Of a DNA stretch of 64,000 bases, positions 62,606 through 64,000 are shown piece by piece. Source of the stretch: Antedon mediterranea (taxonomy: Eukaryota > Animalia > Echinodermata). A program made the translations under genes and the position numbers. The notes below the pieces were generated by a model. That model did not search any database. It saw only the letters and a program-made list of their open reading frames with translations, and was not told the origin of the DNA. Location: positions 24,198,871-24,262,870 of the forward strand of contig NC_092676.1 of the NCBI RefSeq assembly GCF_964355755.1. Direction: 5' to 3'. How positions within the stretch are numbered: position 1 is the stretch's first letter; each line of letters opens with the position of its first letter.

Positions 62606-63410
62606 AACTATTTATAATACGTTTGCGCGACCATCAAACATAAACAGATGATAGTAAAGATGGTAAAATGCCTTCAGTGTTCGCTCCCAATCGAACGGTT
62701 GTACTGGCTGGTATAAGTCTATATATACTATAGATTCCAGAACGATGACAAATTCAATGCTCCTTGCATCACAATACCTATTGTTACCACGACCTCTGAC
62801 GCTTTTAGTGGTTGGTTTTGTTTGTCGCTGGTATTGTTTTCGTTGAATGAAGCGAGAAACCTATATAGTTATTATAATGAGGCTAATATGTGTATTCAAA
62901 ATACGTTGGGAAACACCATTTTGAAACTCAATCTCCCGTGGAGACAACGATTGTAACAACAAAGCATGCGCACTTCTACTTAACAGTTGAGTAAGTTTAG
63001 CTCCAAGCTCAGTGCTGCACAAGATGCCGCGGTAGGCGTGGTCGTATCCAGGGCAGCTTCCACCACCAAAACAAAACAAAAATTCTTACAATATTTTTTT
63101 TGAAAATTCCATTTTAATGTCACATTAATCGTCATCCACTTTGACTAATAAATTGGATCGAAAAAACGATTTACTTGAAAAAACTTTAATAGGCCTAAAG
63201 CAAAAAATATTCAAATTGGCTGCCAGTCAATGTAATTTTGAATTTAACCATTTATTTTCTCATTTTATAAGTGAAAACATTTGTTTTCCAATGAAAGAGA
63301 TTTACTCTATTAAAACTACAAAATAACCTATTCAGAGTCTGATTTAATTAATTTTCATTTTTGTTTTGGGAGACCATATCTTTAACTGAACAATAAAAAA
63401 TGACACCAAT

Positions 63411-63764
63411 ATGCGCTAAAGAAACTAATAAAAATGAAATGTTTGAAGTCGGTCTATAATAGGCCTACGAATAAACAACTTAAAGGTAATTTAGTTTTGA
63501 ATTAACTTTAAAAGATCGTACGCCTACTACCCTATAATTAAAAGTGTTGTCATAGGTTGAAATCCGTTTCAGTTTTATTCTTATTCTATGCGCTAAAGAA
63601 ACTAATAAAAATTAAATGTTTGAAGTCGGTCTATAGGCCTACGAAGTAGGCCTATAAACAACTTAAAGGTAATTTAGTTTTGAATTAACTTTAAAAGATC
63701 ATAAGCCTACTACCCTATAATTAAAAGTGTTGTCATAGGTTGAAATCCGTTTCAGTTTTATTCT
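63411..63764. repeat. Tandem duplication, 2 x ~177 bp
   Basis: atgcgctaaagaaactaataaaaat...gaaatccgtttcagttttattctt at 63411-63582 and 63588-63764. Confidence 0.9.
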
Positions 63765-64000
63765 TTTTTTTTTTTACAAAAGGCCGCCTACTAATATAAG
63801 AAGGAAATGCATGAAAGTGAGATTAAAGAATGCAATATTAATTTGTTGAAATATGTAAGTTTACGTTTGATCTGGGTCACGAAAGAAGCAATCCGTTTTA
63901 ATTTGAATTTGCAAGTTTTTAGTTCAAAAGCAAGGTTTCGGATAATGATTCATAACCATTACTTTTGGAACAGAAAACGATAGTTAATTAATCAATATGC

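Overview
AT-rich, intron-containing animal (invertebrate) genomic DNA; exon structures below were reconstructed by hand from GT-AG sites and reading phase. Minus strand 40398..726 carries a ~40 kb, 10-exon atypical (Gyc-88E-like) soluble guanylyl cyclase. Its 16.6 kb fourth intron hosts two antisense, tandemly duplicated 5-exon genes of unknown function (weak PH/GRAM-like motif) with kappaB-like sites upstream, plus a 5'-truncated LINE. Next come three tandem small secreted thyroglobulin type-1 domain genes with highly divergent cationic N-termini, a CCDC59/TAP26 gene head-to-head with a complete 16-exon TOP3B, and a secreted, probably GPI-anchored polyamine-oxidase-like gene with an acidic/octa-arginine insertion. 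Introns and intergenic DNA are dense in MITEs (PIF/Harbinger-, hAT-, CACTA-, Tc/mariner- and Kolobok-like), a solo LTR, CR1 fragments and local tandem duplications. No rRNA, tRNA or CRISPR array was seen. Family assignments rest on motif recognition, not database searches.
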